A stretch of DNA of 64,000 bases from the human T2T-CHM13v2.0 reference genome, Homo sapiens, in NCBI RefSeq assembly GCF_009914755.1, contig NC_060935.1; one strand, written 5' to 3'. How positions within the stretch are numbered: position 1 is the first letter of the stretch; every line of letters begins with the position of its first letter. A model generated the notes under the pieces. It saw only the letters and a program-made list of their open reading frames with translations, had not been told where the DNA came from and ran no database searches. The position numbers were made by a program, and so were the translations under genes. Shown here piece after piece: positions 1 to 18,038 of the stretch.

Positions 1-21
1 GTGTGAGTCACCGCGCCCGGC
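1..21 (-). mobile_element. Alu 5' end, cut by window edge
   Basis: gtgagtcaccgcgcccggc. Confidence 0.8.
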
Positions 22-1140
22 TAAGAAAATAACATTTTCATTAAGACATGTTTGATTTTTGTTTCTTAGCTTTTCTTTATTGCTTGAAGGACTTGAGAGT
101 GTCTAGTAGTATAATAGACTTTACAGAGTATCATGCATAGGAGTTAACTTTATATGAAACCACTAGCATTCATTCCAGGAACCTTGTTACTTGTTTCATT
201 TCCTGAGAAAAGGTATAATCTGTTGTCTGGAAATTCCGTGTGGACTGGTTCTATCTTTTTTGTTGTTGTATGTTTGAGAAAGTAAGCTCTGAGAAGCAGA
301 ACAGTCATCCCTTCAAGCTCCAAAAATAACAGAGGTCTGGTCTGGCAGACCTTAGTTGGTATTCAAGTTTCTACTAATGTCTCCCCAGCTGTTTCTTTGC
401 AGCCTTAGCTTGTGAAAGAGCAGGTGAAATCCGTCTTTAATATGTAATTATGGGGTCTACTGTGTGTTATGCACTGATAATTCAAAGATGAGTAAGACAG
501 GATCTTTACCAATTTACAGTCGAGTGAAGAGACATGCAAATAGCGTATTATAATACTAGATAATTGCTGTAATGGAGGCATGTAACAAATGCAGTGGGGC
601 ACAAGAGATCAAGCACTTGAGTCAGCTAGGGGGAGTCAGTAAAGTCTTTATGATAGAGATGGGTTTGAGCTGAAAAAGGTTGGGTTTACAAAAGAGCAGT
701 GGTTTACATGTGGCATTAATATTGCCCCCTGTGTAGCACTTTCTGTTTTATTGATAGACTCTAATGTGGAGCCGAGATTATAATTGGGTAATGGGTAGCC
801 TGGCTAAGATGGAGTTGGTGTACTTTTCTACTTCTTTGGAAAGAAGTTACACGCTGTGTATATTCAGGATATTATACCTATGTTTTCCAATATTAGATGC
901 CATTAGCATGATACGTAGTCTGGAATGGCATTCATTCATATTCCTTTTCTCTTTTTTTGTCTGGTTTCATTAATACTTTCTCTAGAAGTTGAGACGTAAT
1001 TTAGGCTTTCCTAATGGCTTCTTTCTTTAGAGGGATAAATAGAAAAGAGGGTTTAGGAAAAGAGCTACCAGTAGAAAAGGCTACTATTTATTCAGCTCTT
1101 AACCATACACCAGCCTCTGTTTAAAACCCTTTACCTGCAT

Positions 1141-1605
1141 CATCTCATTTATTATTAACAGTAGGCATGTGAATTAGATGGAGTTAACCCCATTTTATAA
1201 ATGAAACTGAGGCTAGAGAGGCTAAAGAACTTTCCTAGGATTCCACAGTTTGTGAATGGGGAAGTACAGCTTCTGATCCAGGCCTGCCTGTGCTATATGG
1301 AGCTTAGCCCATGCTATACTGAGCACCTGGGTTCCATTTCTTACTCCACTATTTGTGCTCTAGGGGGTGGGAACTTTAAAATTGTATCGTCTTAATCATC
1401 TCATGTAAAAATTGATACCGTATATTTGATAAGTGGCTGTGATTCAAAAGAGCATTTTGAATCTCACATTTGTGAGGAAGGTTTTATTAGTATTCCCTAT
1501 TTGTGATTGAGGAAGCTGAGGTTCAGAGGATTTGAGATAGGCCAAGAGTCTTGAGGCTACCAAGTGGTGTCACAAAGATTTAAACCCATGTTTCCAGATT
1601 CCAGA
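1141..1605 (-). mobile_element. Two MIR fragments (~1141-1290, ~1460-1605)
   Basis: cccattttataaatgaaactgaggct and gaggaagctgaggttcagag MIR cores. Confidence 0.65.
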
Positions 1606-3776
1606 GTGTTTGTTTCCCTTCATTTTAAAGACCCAAACTCTTTTCTTTGTGTATAAAATTTCCATTTTCAAAACATAAAGCAGCATGTCATCCCTGAGGG
1701 GATCAAAATGAGGGTTAACCAAAAGAATATTGGTTTTTCCATACAGGTCCTTTAACTTACTGATAACTGGTGGATTCTGCTGAACCCCTTTTCAGGAGGA
1801 ATGATTAGCCTGTTGGTAGTTAGGGAGAGGAGAGATGGGCCTAGCCAGCTCAGCTCAGGTATTAAACTGGCCATGATGACTGCCTAAGCTCAGTTCTGTC
1901 TCTCAGCCTGCCAAAGTACAGCATGCTTGAGATGCTAGTAGGATAAGATGTGGGTACCAGTTAGGTGGCCCAAAAGCCAATCTACTCCTGGAGCTAGTGA
2001 TTTCCTCCTCAAAGGGGAGGCTAACCAACCTCTGAGAGGAATTAGATGCACCCTTTTGGCACAGAAAGCTAGCTTGGGAATTAAGGTAAAAAAGCACTTC
2101 AATACCCAATAGGGCCAGCCAGGGCATTGCCTGGCTAGTGCCTGTGAATCTGGATGTGTCCACTCTCAAGTCCTGTTTATCTGCCAAAATGATGTGAAAT
2201 CATGCATATCAGTGAGGAGTTTCTAACTCAAGCCAGAGTTCAAAGCAGGTATCCCAGCCTGCAGCTAACTTGAGGTATTAATATTATTGCCTCAAGTGAA
2301 TAATTTACCTCTCTTTGGCCCTGTTTTGCTCTTGTTAAAAGAGAAGACTGGACTAGATTGGTGGTTTTTAAACCTTTATTTAGTCATGAAACCTTTTATT
2401 CAAACAAAATTTCACTCTGAAGCCTTGTGGTCCTTGAATGGATTCAACAGAACCCCTAAGGTGCTTGAAGCCACCCTTTGAAAACCAAGGATTTTTCTGT
2501 TATAGTCCACTGATTGGGTGACCCCACTTCATGTTCCCTCAGCCCGCTTGTACTTTGTCTAGGCTCACCAAGCATTATAAAATTGTCTGCCTTCCTCACT
2601 AGACTGTAAGCTTCGTGAGAGAGCAGAGTCCAAGTGTATCTTGCTCACCATTGTATTCTCTTCACTCTGCATGTTCCTGGCATACAGTAGGCACCCAATA
2701 AGTATTTGATAATCGTTGTTTTTGATTAATAGTATGATAGCTACCATTTACTGGATGTTTGTGATATGCCAGCTCCTCTGCCTAATGGTATATGCTTTTT
2801 TATTAAATGTTTACGACATCCCCGTGAGAATTGAGTTATTGGATGAAATCGTCTCTAGCTCTTTCTGGCTCTAGCACTCTATGTACTGTTTCTAATTACT
2901 TCCGGGCTTTGTTGGTGCTGTCCAGTCTGCCTAGAATACCTTTCTTTTCCCTTATTGCCTTTTGAAATTCCACCTGCCCTTTAAAGTTCTAGCTTGCTTG
3001 GCTTCTTGGACTATTCCGATCTACACTGCTACCTTTTCCCCCTGCCTTTTATGGTTTTCTCTGTTTAAGTTTGTTCCCTCATTTCTCAACTTAGTCCTCA
3101 AACTTCTGAAACGTCTGTGTGCCAGGCACTTTGGTGTGCCTGATAATACCAAAATGGATAAAGTGTGATAATTGTCCTCAGAAAGTTCACAGACTGGTAT
3201 GAGTAGAGAAAGAGTGATAAGTACATGCAAAATATGTCACAGGTGCTGTGATAGTGGGGTGGGTGCAGTGGGCACATCAAGGAGGAAGTGGCAGTCAGTG
3301 TTACGTCTCCTCTTCCCACTAGGTTGGTAAACCCCCAGTGGGCAGACTGTGGAAGTTCCCATCCCTTGCTTCTTCAAGCAGTAATCACTGGTTTTTTGTT
3401 TGTTTGTTTGTTCTTTCTCCTGTGGTTCTCTCCCTATAGACATTTAGTAAATGTTCCTTGTTGCCAGAGATTTTCTTCTCTAGAGATTTTTGGTCCAAGC
3501 CAATATCTTACTGAGGGATCAAGGCATATGTGACTGAAGTTTAGTCTTGGATATCTGACTACCTCTGGATTTTTTTTAGGCATGTAAAATGAGTGGTGGC
3601 AAGTGTAGTGGGGAAAAAGCCATAGGGTAGTAAACAGTGGGTTCCTATTCTAGACTAGGAATAGCAGATTTGTTTTATCTCAGAGACAGCCATCTGATCA
3701 TAGATGCTTAGAAGCCTGTGTCGAGAAGGATTCTGAGGCCAGGGCTTAGCAGAAAAGAGTGCTGAGGGTGAAATAA

Positions 3777-4300
<524 letters not shown>

Positions 4301-4720
4301 ACCACAACGGGCAATATGAGTACTCTATACTGTCCATCCTGTTCTATGCTAGACATTTCCATTATGTACATTTGGGTCTTCCTTTCCGGAGGTGATTTAA
4401 CTGGAGTCATGGTATTTGTCTTTTCCACCAGACTGTGTTCTCCTCGAAAGGAAGGCCTATTCATTCCTATATCCTTTGTGCCTGGCATAGAGTATGACTC
4501 AATAAATGCTTAAATATGTGAACTCAGGAAAGATTCCAGTCCCTCTGTACCTCAGTTTTTAATCTGTGAAATGATAGGTTTGGACTAGGTGACCTTTGAG
4601 ATCTCTTGCAGCTTTGAAAGACTTGGATCACAGAGTTTTATTTTGGCCATGTTTCTTATAACTCTCATCAGGTACTGAGTAAATACTAGTGAATGACTGA
4701 ATGAATGAATGAAGACATAA

Positions 4721-5045
<325 letters not shown>

Positions 5046-5224
5046 TATAATTATTCTTAATAATCTGTGCTAATAATTAACATTGGAATGATAGAATTAA
5101 AAATGGTGATGGGGAAGGAAAAGACAAAAAGGCTTACATATAACCTCTTATTCCATCACCTTTGACTTTGGAATTCAGTCAAAACCTCATGCTCTGGCAG
5201 ATACCCTGGCAGATTCCCATTTGA

Positions 5225-5581
<357 letters not shown>

Positions 5582-6206
5582 TTTTTCAGGTCACTTTTTT
5601 ATTATGACTTAATAACACATCTACTTCCAGAAGGAATTTAAGATGTCATTCGGTCAGTAAAGGGGTTAGGAGAGAGAGGAAGGAAAGATGAAGATGAAGA
5701 GGAATATTTTAATGCTTTGAATGCAGGGACTATTTTTCTCATCTTTGTACATTCCTCAGTGCCTTGCTCAGTGCTTGGCACATAGCCCATATCCATATAT
5801 TTATTGAGTAAATGAGAATGCTTGTAGATGTGGATTCTGTTAAGGATAAAGGGAATGTTGACTAAATTGCAAAGGTTGACTGGCATGCCTACTATCTGTT
5901 CTGGAAATAATACAATAGCCCCTATCAGTATTTGTTTATAAACTTCCTATGAAATATTTTCATTGGATTCATTTAAATTAATGCCAAATTGTTCCTTATC
6001 AGTGAGTCATCAGCACTGCTTTCTGCTCCCGTAGCGCCCTGTACAGATTTCCGTCAGCACTTACCATGTCGTATTGTCTTTTCCATTAGGCAGGGAACTC
6101 CTTGAGGGGACTGCACCTTATCATTTTTTCATCTCTGTATTTTCAGCACCTAATCTTGCACAGTGGCTAGCATGGAGTAGTTATTTAAATATTTATTGAA
6201 CTTGAA

Positions 6207-6377
6207 TTTTTATTTTTTATTTTTTTGAGACAGAATCTTGCTCTGTTTGCCCAGGCTGGAGTGCGACCTTGGCTCACTGCAACCTCCGCCTCCTGGGTTC
6301 AAGTGATTCTCCTGCCTCAGCTTCTGGAGTAGCTGGGATTACAGACACTGCCACCATGCCCAGCTAATTTTTGTATT
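6207..6377 (-). mobile_element. Alu right arm (truncated)
   Basis: Alu homology stops at linker. Confidence 0.85.
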
Positions 6378-7199
6378 TGAAAATGAATCTTAAATCTAGT
6401 CCATCTGCCCATGTTGAACATCCCCAGAAAATGGACACCAGTGTGTATGTGAACTCCTCTAATGATAGCGAACTAATCGTTCCATGGTCAGCCTATTCCT
6501 TCTTTGAATGCCTCTATTGGAGTGTCCTTCAGATTGGATTAGATTCTTATTTCTGTATTGCTTCAACTTTTTAGTCCTTGTCGTACCTTTTCCCAGATTC
6601 TGCTTCTTTGCATCTCTGACTTGCCATGGCACAAACACTGCCAGAGAATGCCTCTGGGGGATGTAGGCCCAGTAATCCTGGCTTTATTTGGTCTGAAATC
6701 TTACTCCATGGAAGGCAACCCAATATAATCTATCTTGTGTCATTCCTCATCTCCATGTTACTTCTTTATGTTTTCCCTTGAAGTCATTTGCTACCTCTAC
6801 TCCTCAGACAAAAATCTGTAGGTAAAATAAACTCATAAGTTCCCTCTAAAGTGCAGCTTTCCCAAGAGGATGCTGGATCATGGCCATGGGGCTTTTGGCC
6901 CTGGGCAGCTAGGGAGAGACTGGGGAAAGAGGAAGCAGAGAGCACAATCCCTGCCAAGGTTTCTGTTCATTTTGTCCTCCTTTCACAGAGTGTTATCAAT
7001 AACTCAATGTATTCTGTTACTTAGAAGCCTCAACATTTTACTCCCTGTTGCCCATAGGATTGAGCCTAACTACCTCTGAGCTTGTCATTTAGTGCCCTGC
7101 GAACAGTCTTTTCTCCTATTTTAGTAACAGGAATAGCTAACTTTTTTAGTGCGTACTATGTGCCAGGCAGTAAAGTAAGCATTTTACGTGTGTAATCTC

Positions 7200-7203
<4 letters not shown>

Positions 7204-7232
<29 letters not shown>

Positions 7233-7510
7233 ACAGAGTTTCGCTCTTGTTGCCCAGGCTGGAGTGCAGTGGTAGATCTCTGCTCACCATAACCTCCGCC
7301 TCCTGGGTTCAAGCGATTCTTCTGCCTCAGCCTCCTGAGTAGCTGGGATTATAGGCATGTGCCCCCACGCCTGGCTAATTTTGCATTTTTAGTAGAGACG
7401 TGGTTTCTCCATGTTGGTCAGGCTGGTCTCGAACTCCCGATCTCAGGTGATCCGCCTGCTTCGGCCTCCCAAAGTGCTGGGATTACAGGCGTAAGTCACT
7501 GCTCCCGGCC
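7204..7510 (-). mobile_element. Alu (Sp/Sq-like)
   Basis: cgctcttgttgcccagg, ggtttctccatgttggtcagg. Confidence 0.92.
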
Positions 7511-7779
7511 TTAATTCTTCTAAGAAACCTTTTATTTGAATTTATTTTATCCTAAATTTATTCTCCTACCATAAGCTTTTGTTTCATCCATTTCTTCTGG
7601 GATCTTTTTCTTCTGTGCAACCACCTCTTCTGGTTAAGGAACAATTTTTTCCTTTTTGGTAGGATCATCTCAGTGTGGCAGGGGAGCTCATGTATAGGTT
7701 AATTTGGTTTTGAGCTCTGTAAATATGGCAGTGCATCTTGGGTGCTTCATGCACCTGGATATGTTTGATGACCAGATAA

Positions 7780-8099
<320 letters not shown>

Positions 8100-10788
8100 T
8101 AAACTGTTAAGTTCAGCATTACTCTGCATTTTTAAGCATGTGCAGCAAAAATTCAGTCTTTTTGGTCCACTAACCCTGTGCCCAGCCTCACTGTTTGGCT
8201 TAGGCACACTTACCGACTCCACAGTTGGAACAATGGAATGGCTTACATGGCTTCTATAAAGTGACATCTTTCAGATACTTTGTGGCTTTTTGGATTTGCA
8301 CCGCCCCCCGCAACTTCCCTCCACCCCTATGGCCTGGGCAGTTTCTTGACTCTTAAAGTGAATATGAAGATTTTAATATCTTGATTTGCATGATTTTGTG
8401 GGGTGTTCTGGGTCAAGTTAATAGCCAACCATTTTCACAGATCATCTTAGGCTGCTTACTGGAAGAGGAAAAGCTAATTCTATTTTAATACTGTTATCTT
8501 AATTTTCCAGATGAGAAAAACTGAGACACAGAAAAGTAATTTATTCAGGGTCACACAGCTTGTAAGTGGAGGTGGGATTTGAACATGGTGATACAACCTC
8601 ATGTCTTCATGTTATAGTGTACACTATTGCTGGTATACACTATGACATGGATTCATTATTTTCAAAAGTCACTATGTATTTATTGTGCACTTAATTATGC
8701 CAGGTACTCTTTTTAGTCTTGGGAATTAATAAATGGACAAAGAGACTATCTCTGCTCTAAAGAAGTTATGGTCTAGTTGGGAGAGGAACCCATCAAGTGA
8801 TAATGACAATATAGTATGAGGAGTAGAGTTATAAATTACGTACAAGATGCCACAAGTGTACAGAAGAAGGAGTGCTTAAGTCTATTTGGGAGCATTAAAG
8901 AAGACTTCCGATAGGGTATGGCATTTAGGCTGATTCTTAAAAGTTTATCATGTGGATAGGAGGCCACTTTAGGCCAAGGTAAAAGCATATGTATAAAGGA
9001 ATAAAGACATGAAGTCTCTAATCCTTGAGCATATGATTCCTCACTAATGATATATTTACTGATAACTGCATGCTTTGTGCAAGTCACTATGTTAGGGATT
9101 TGGGTTGAGAGAAAACCATGTTTCTTGCATTCAGGGAATTTACAGTCTAGTTAGAAAAATAAGACATGTAGTCCAGTTGGAAAGATAGTGGCCATAATTC
9201 TAAAATAAGAAGTACTAAATGTTTTTTTCCGGTAGAAAAAAACAAAGTACTGTAGGGGAAGTACCCTCTCATGGATATGGCTAGGGAAGACTTCTTGGAG
9301 AGGGAGCCATTTGAGTTCGGCCTTCATGGATGATTTGAATTTCATTAGAGCATTAGGAATGAACGCCCAAGGTCAATGTTGAGAAATGAGGATGTATTTG
9401 TGATTAGCAAGTAAGAGAAGAGTAAGAGCTAAATTAAAAAAGGTAGGTTGGGGCCAACATGAGGTTGACTTTTGAATGCCAGGCTGAGGAGTTTGGATAC
9501 ATTTATTCATTCCTTCAGTCACCAATTATTGAGTTCTGATATATGCTAGATACTGTGCTGGGGACACAAAGATGAAAATGTGGCTCCTGCTCTCACGAGA
9601 TTAATAGTCCTGTGAGGTAAACCAGACATGGGAACAGATGGTTGTAGTATAGTGTCAGCATGTGTTAAGTACTGTGATGACACAAAGGAGGGAGTGATTA
9701 ACTCTGCTTCGGGAATCCTTAAAGACTTAATGGAGAAGATGTTTTGAGTTTGTTCTTGAGGATTAAGTTGAGTTCAATAGGTAGTCAAAATCAGTGAGGT
9801 AAGGAACAGTGAGTGGTCCAGCAAAATGAAAAGATATGCAAGGCTTGGAGACGTTAAACAGCGTGGAATATTCTGGGACTGTACGCAGTTCTGTATGACT
9901 GGAATTTAGGTTAAACGTAAGGGGATAGCAGTGAGTGACTGTGCTAAAAAGCCTGGGCTGTAGAGAGCCACTGAAGAGTCTTGAGCAGGGGAGTAATGTG
10001 TTTAGATCTCTGTCTCAGAATGACCAAGTCTAATTGAAGTTTGGAAGTTACTTTTGGAAGGATCAGGTTGGAAAAAGGAGAATAAATCAGTTAGGAGATA
10101 TTGCAGTAGTTTAGGAGCGAGATGATGCGGACCTGAGCTTGAGCAAAGACAGTAGGGTAGAGAGAAGTGAGCAGCTATAAAAATGTTAAATAGCAGTGCT
10201 TTCACTTATTTATGTTTTGCCCTTTATTTCTCTCCCTAATTCGTTCACTCATGTATTCAGTAAACATTTATTAAGTTTGTGGTCTGTATTAATTATTCAT
10301 TATTTCCTTCTTCAAATACTTGTGACTTCAATGTCAAACATTTTTCTAGGTCCCAGTAATTCAGCAGTGAACAAGACAACTGAGGTCCTTGCTCATATTA
10401 GGTTTAGTTTCTAATGTGGTAAAGTAGATAACAAATAAACAGGATAACTCCAGATGGTGACAAATGCTTTGAGAAAAGTAATGTAATGTGATAAAGATGA
10501 CTAGAAGAGAAAGGCTACTTTAAATAGGGTGATTATGGAAAGCCTCTGAGGAAATGCTACTTGAACCAAGTCCTGAATGGTGAAGACCTAGCAATTTCGA
10601 GATTTGGAAGCAGATATGTTCCAAGTGGAGGGAGAAGCAAGTACAAATTAATGGGAATGAACAAGGCATGTCCTGGGACCAAAAAGAAAGCCAGTGTGAC
10701 AGATCATAATTAGCAAAGGAAAAATGGTTCTGTATGAGGTCAGGGAGTCTGGCAAGGTCAGATTTATAAGGCCTTGTAGCTGCTGTGA

Positions 10789-11122
<334 letters not shown>

Positions 11123-11371
11123 AATGAAAAGATTTTGATTGGGTTTCAAAATGGGAGTGATGTGAGCTGATTTTCATTTTTTAAAAGATCTTTCTGGCTG
11201 CTTTGAGAAGAATGGATTGTAGGAGGTGACTCAGTGAGAGGGTTAGGAAGTTATGGTAATAGTCCATATGGGAGATGATAGTGTTTTGGATTCGGTGGGG
11301 GGTGTTTTAGTCCTTTTGGGCTGCTATAGTAAAATACCTTAGACTGGGTAATTTATAAACAACAGAAATTT

Positions 11372-11779
<408 letters not shown>

Positions 11780-12944
11780 CTAGCAGATATGATGTCTGGC
11801 AAAGGCTCTGTGCTTCAAAGGGGGCTCCTTGTTGCTGTGTCTTCACATGGCAGAAGGGACACACGGCCTCCCTAAAGCCACTTTTGTAAGGGCACTAATC
11901 CCATTCATGAGGTCTCCACCTTCACAACCTAATCACCTCCTAAAGGTTCCCTCCACCTCTTCTTAATACTATTGCATTGGAGATTAGGTTTCAACATACT
12001 AATTTTGGGGAACACAAACATTCAGACCATAGCAGGGATAGCAGAGACGATGGAGAAAAGTGGATAAATTTAGAATATGTTTTGAAATAGAGCCTACAGG
12101 ACTTGCTGGTGGATTGGATATGTGATGTAAGGGAAAGAAAATAATCAAGCTTGCTTTTATATTTTTTTGAATTTTTTGCTTTGACTTGAGTAAATGGCAT
12201 CACCATGGTACCATTAGGTGCCATGTTAATTAGGCAGTTGGAAATACGAGCTTATAGCTCAGGGAGAGGTTTGGACGTTGTTCTGGGACTCTGAAGATCT
12301 GGCTTTTTATCCTAGCTCTGCCATGCAGCTGTTATCTGTGACAAGTCAATAAGGTAATGCTGTCAGCTTTAAAATAATAAAGGCATTTGTTACGCCAGCC
12401 TCGTGTATGTTGGGAGAATCCTGTTCACTTGTTTATTGATTGGTCACATACTGTGAATTTACCAAGGTACTGCATTAGATGTGAAAGATAACAAAGACAT
12501 AGGCCTTGCTCTCAGGTTGCTCATGGTGTAGTGGAAAAGTTAGTAAACAGATGTAATAATTGCTATAATATGAAGAAGCAGAGATTTCAGGGAGCACCAA
12601 AAATGGCAGGCAAGGGATCAGAAAAGACTCCCTAGAAGTGATACCATAGCTGAGTGTGAAAGTGACTAGAAATTAACCAGCTAAAGAAAGAATAGAAGAG
12701 CCCTCTAGGCAGGAGGAGCAGCATGTGCAAGGTGGGAGGTGAGAAAGAGAATGCCACCTTCAGGGAACTGTATGCAGTTTAGTATTACTGGAACCTCAGA
12801 GTAGAAGGTGGGGAGTAATGATAAAATAGGGAGACTGGAAAGGGAGGCAGATGTGATGACACATAAGGCCTTATATGCTGTGCTGAGGAGTTTGGATTTT
12901 TATCTGTAGCTGATGATTAGCTGTAGAAGAGCTTTAAGAACTTA

Positions 12945-13287
<343 letters not shown>

Positions 13288-13886
13288 TCATTCTTGGGGC
13301 AGAAATGGAGGAGGGACTAAGGGGCAGGAAAAATTTGCCTTAATCCAGGCAAGTAGGGCTTCCAAATTTATCTAATTCTAAAATGCACATAATTTCTGGT
13401 GTATTATATATACTGCAGGAGAGCATATGTTAAGTCCCAAAGGAGCTGGGAGCAGAGGAAGGTAAAACTGGAAAGACAGCTAGGGGTCAGGTCATGGCCT
13501 TGTGTGGTCCCAAGAGCTCACTGTCCGTGCTCCTGTGGAGGGCATTGTGTAGTCTACTAAGGAGTTCTTACTTTCACAGGCAGCATTAGGACACCAGAAG
13601 ATTTGAACTTGGGTGACACAGTGACTCGAGAAGTACATGAGGTTGAAGGACCTGGATTAAGTTTGTAGACTGAGTAATAGGAAGGAAGGAAAAGATAGTG
13701 GATATATTTCTTACCCCACTGATCTAGGCCTTCTGGTACTACCAGCCATGAACTTTGGTTTTCCCTTCTCCCTAAATCTTCCTTCAGTCCTAGCTGTATG
13801 CTGTGTTAAGTTTGGAAAGTATTTACTGCTGGCTATTAAAGATCAAGTAGGATTATGTTAGTATTTCTCTTACAAGGAAGAGTCAC

Positions 13887-14187
13887 TTTTTTGTTGTTTT
13901 TTTTTTTGAGACAGGGTCTTCTGTCACCCAGGCTGGAGTGCAGTGGTGTGATCATGGCTCACTGCAGTCTGAACCTCCTGGGCTCAAGTGATCCTCCTGC
14001 CTCAGCCTCCTGAGTAGCTGGGACTACAGGTGTGTGCCACCACACTTGGCTAATTTTTTAATTTTTTGTAGAGATGGAGTCTTGCTATGTTACCCAGCTG
14101 GGTCTCCCAACTCCTGGCCTCAAGTGATCCTCCTGCCTCGGGCTCCCAAAGTGTTGAGATTACAGGCATGAGCCAACATGTCTGGCC
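13887..14187 (-). mobile_element. Alu (J-type)
   Basis: ctcaagtgatcctcctgcctcagc J diagnostics. Confidence 0.9.
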
Positions 14188-14609
14188 AAGATTCACTTTT
14201 ATTTATTTATTTTTAAGATTTTTAATTTTTTTCACATGGCCACTGTGCCAAAAGGAGTCACTTTTAAACTTAGTAGCCGTTGGCTGTATCAGATGGCTTT
14301 CCCAGTTCCTCTGGATTCTTCTGCAATATCATCCCCACTGTTTGTTCAAGAGAGAATTAAGAGAGAATTACTCAGTGTCTGAGTATTTCCCAAGCATTTG
14401 CTTTGTGTCTAGTTCTAAGTGTGAAGTGTGAAGGGGATGCTGAACAAGTAAGTCATTTATCCTTGTTTCCAAAGCAGTTAATATTATTTAACATCTGTCT
14501 GTCATTTATTGAACACATACAGTATACCAGATTATGAGCTAGTTCTCTGAAATACAAGGAAGAATACGACTCAAATGATCCTTTAACCATTTCAGATCCA
14601 CTAGGATGG

Positions 14610-16127
<1,518 letters not shown>

Positions 16128-16398
16128 GGCTAGGCATGGTGGCTCACACCTGTAATCCGAGCACTTTGGGAGGCCAGCGCCGGAGGATCACTTGAGCCCA
16201 GAAGTTTGTAGAGACCTCATCTTTACAGAAAATAACAAAAATTACCCAGGCATGGTGGCATGTGCCTATAGTCCTAGCTACTCAGGAGGCTGAGGCAGGA
16301 GGATCCCTTGAGCCCAGAAGGTTGAGACTGCAGTGAGCTATGATCAAGCCACTGCGCTACAACCTGAGTGACAAAGACCTGTCTCAAAAAAAAAAAAA
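16128..16398 (+). mobile_element. Alu (J-type, internal deletion)
   Basis: Alu homology with A-tail. Confidence 0.9.
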
Positions 16399-17136
16399 GG
16401 AATTGGGCAGTGAAGGAGTGAAGGTGAGTAGAGAATTCTAGAGAGAAAAGACGGCAGCAGCCAAAGAAAGCACTGAGGGATGAAAGAGATAGATAGTTCA
16501 ATGTGGCTGGAATGTAAGCCATTTGGTGGAGAGTGGTGAAATAAGGTCGCTGGTTGGGCCATATTATGAAGTCCTTTGTGTGTCCTACTAAGGAGTTTGA
16601 ACTTTAACCCCAAGGCAATAGAAAGTCATCAAAGTTTGTCAAAGTAGTAGGATGATGCAATCAGGTGTGTGTCTAATAAAGATCACTGTGGCTGCTGCTG
16701 TGTCATGAATCTGTGCTGGCAAAGTTAGAGTCGGGGAGATCATTTTGGAGGCCACTCCAATTGTTAGAGAAAGAGCAAGGGATAAAGTCTGAACTAAGGC
16801 ACTATGGCAATGAAAAACTCAAGGGAGATTTTATAGATGTTTAGATATGATCAGCACATGAACTGTATGGGCTGTAAAGGCCTTAGGAGTTCATAGAGGA
16901 TAGTTCTGTTCTGAAAGATTCTGGAGGAGGTGACACCTAGATTGGATCTTTAAAGATGGGTAAAAAGTTTGAGTATATGGAAAGCTGCAGTGCATATAGG
17001 AAAGAGTGAGAGAGGAGGGCCAGAGAGGGAGGAAGCCAGACTGAAAAATAGGAATTTGATGGGATAGCAATTGAAGAACCAAAGAAGCAAACTTAGTTGC
17101 TCCCAAATTTGAAAAGTTTAATTTAAAAAGGTTTTT

Positions 17137-17524
<388 letters not shown>

Positions 17525-18038
17525 TTAGAGCCAACATCTACTTTCACTTCACTGCCCAAAGTGTGCCACCCTTGTCAGGCTAACCATATCCAGTGTCTGC
17601 ATGATCTCCAGCTGATTTATGACTTTGGTGGCCTGAAAGGTGAGGTTTCCACTTCAACTTATTAGCCTTGAATTCTTGGCAAAGCTGAGGAGTTGGGGAA
17701 GAATGTGAATGAGAGGAGAATGGGGAGCTACAAATGTGGTAGCCTGTGAACCTTTGGACTTCACTTGTTATCTTAATCACGCAGAATACCACAGTATCTG
17801 AACCCCACCAGATAGAGACAGTTAGCCTGGTTGTGCTGAACCTACCAGGTTCATGAGCTAGCTAATCTGTCTTTTTCTCTGGGGCTTACACAGCATTTTG
17901 TGTATATGTCAAAGGTTATCCTTATCATATTATTTTATATTTAATAGTCTGTCTCTCCCTACTTCTTGGACTGTGAATACATCAAGGGCAAAGGTTGGGC
18001 TTATTCCTCTTTAATGTTTTGTGAAAGAATGAAGTCTT

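Noticed and set aside
720-738. Possible CTCF site (cagggggcaat on minus strand)
   Set aside because: Lacks the conserved CC at the 5' core
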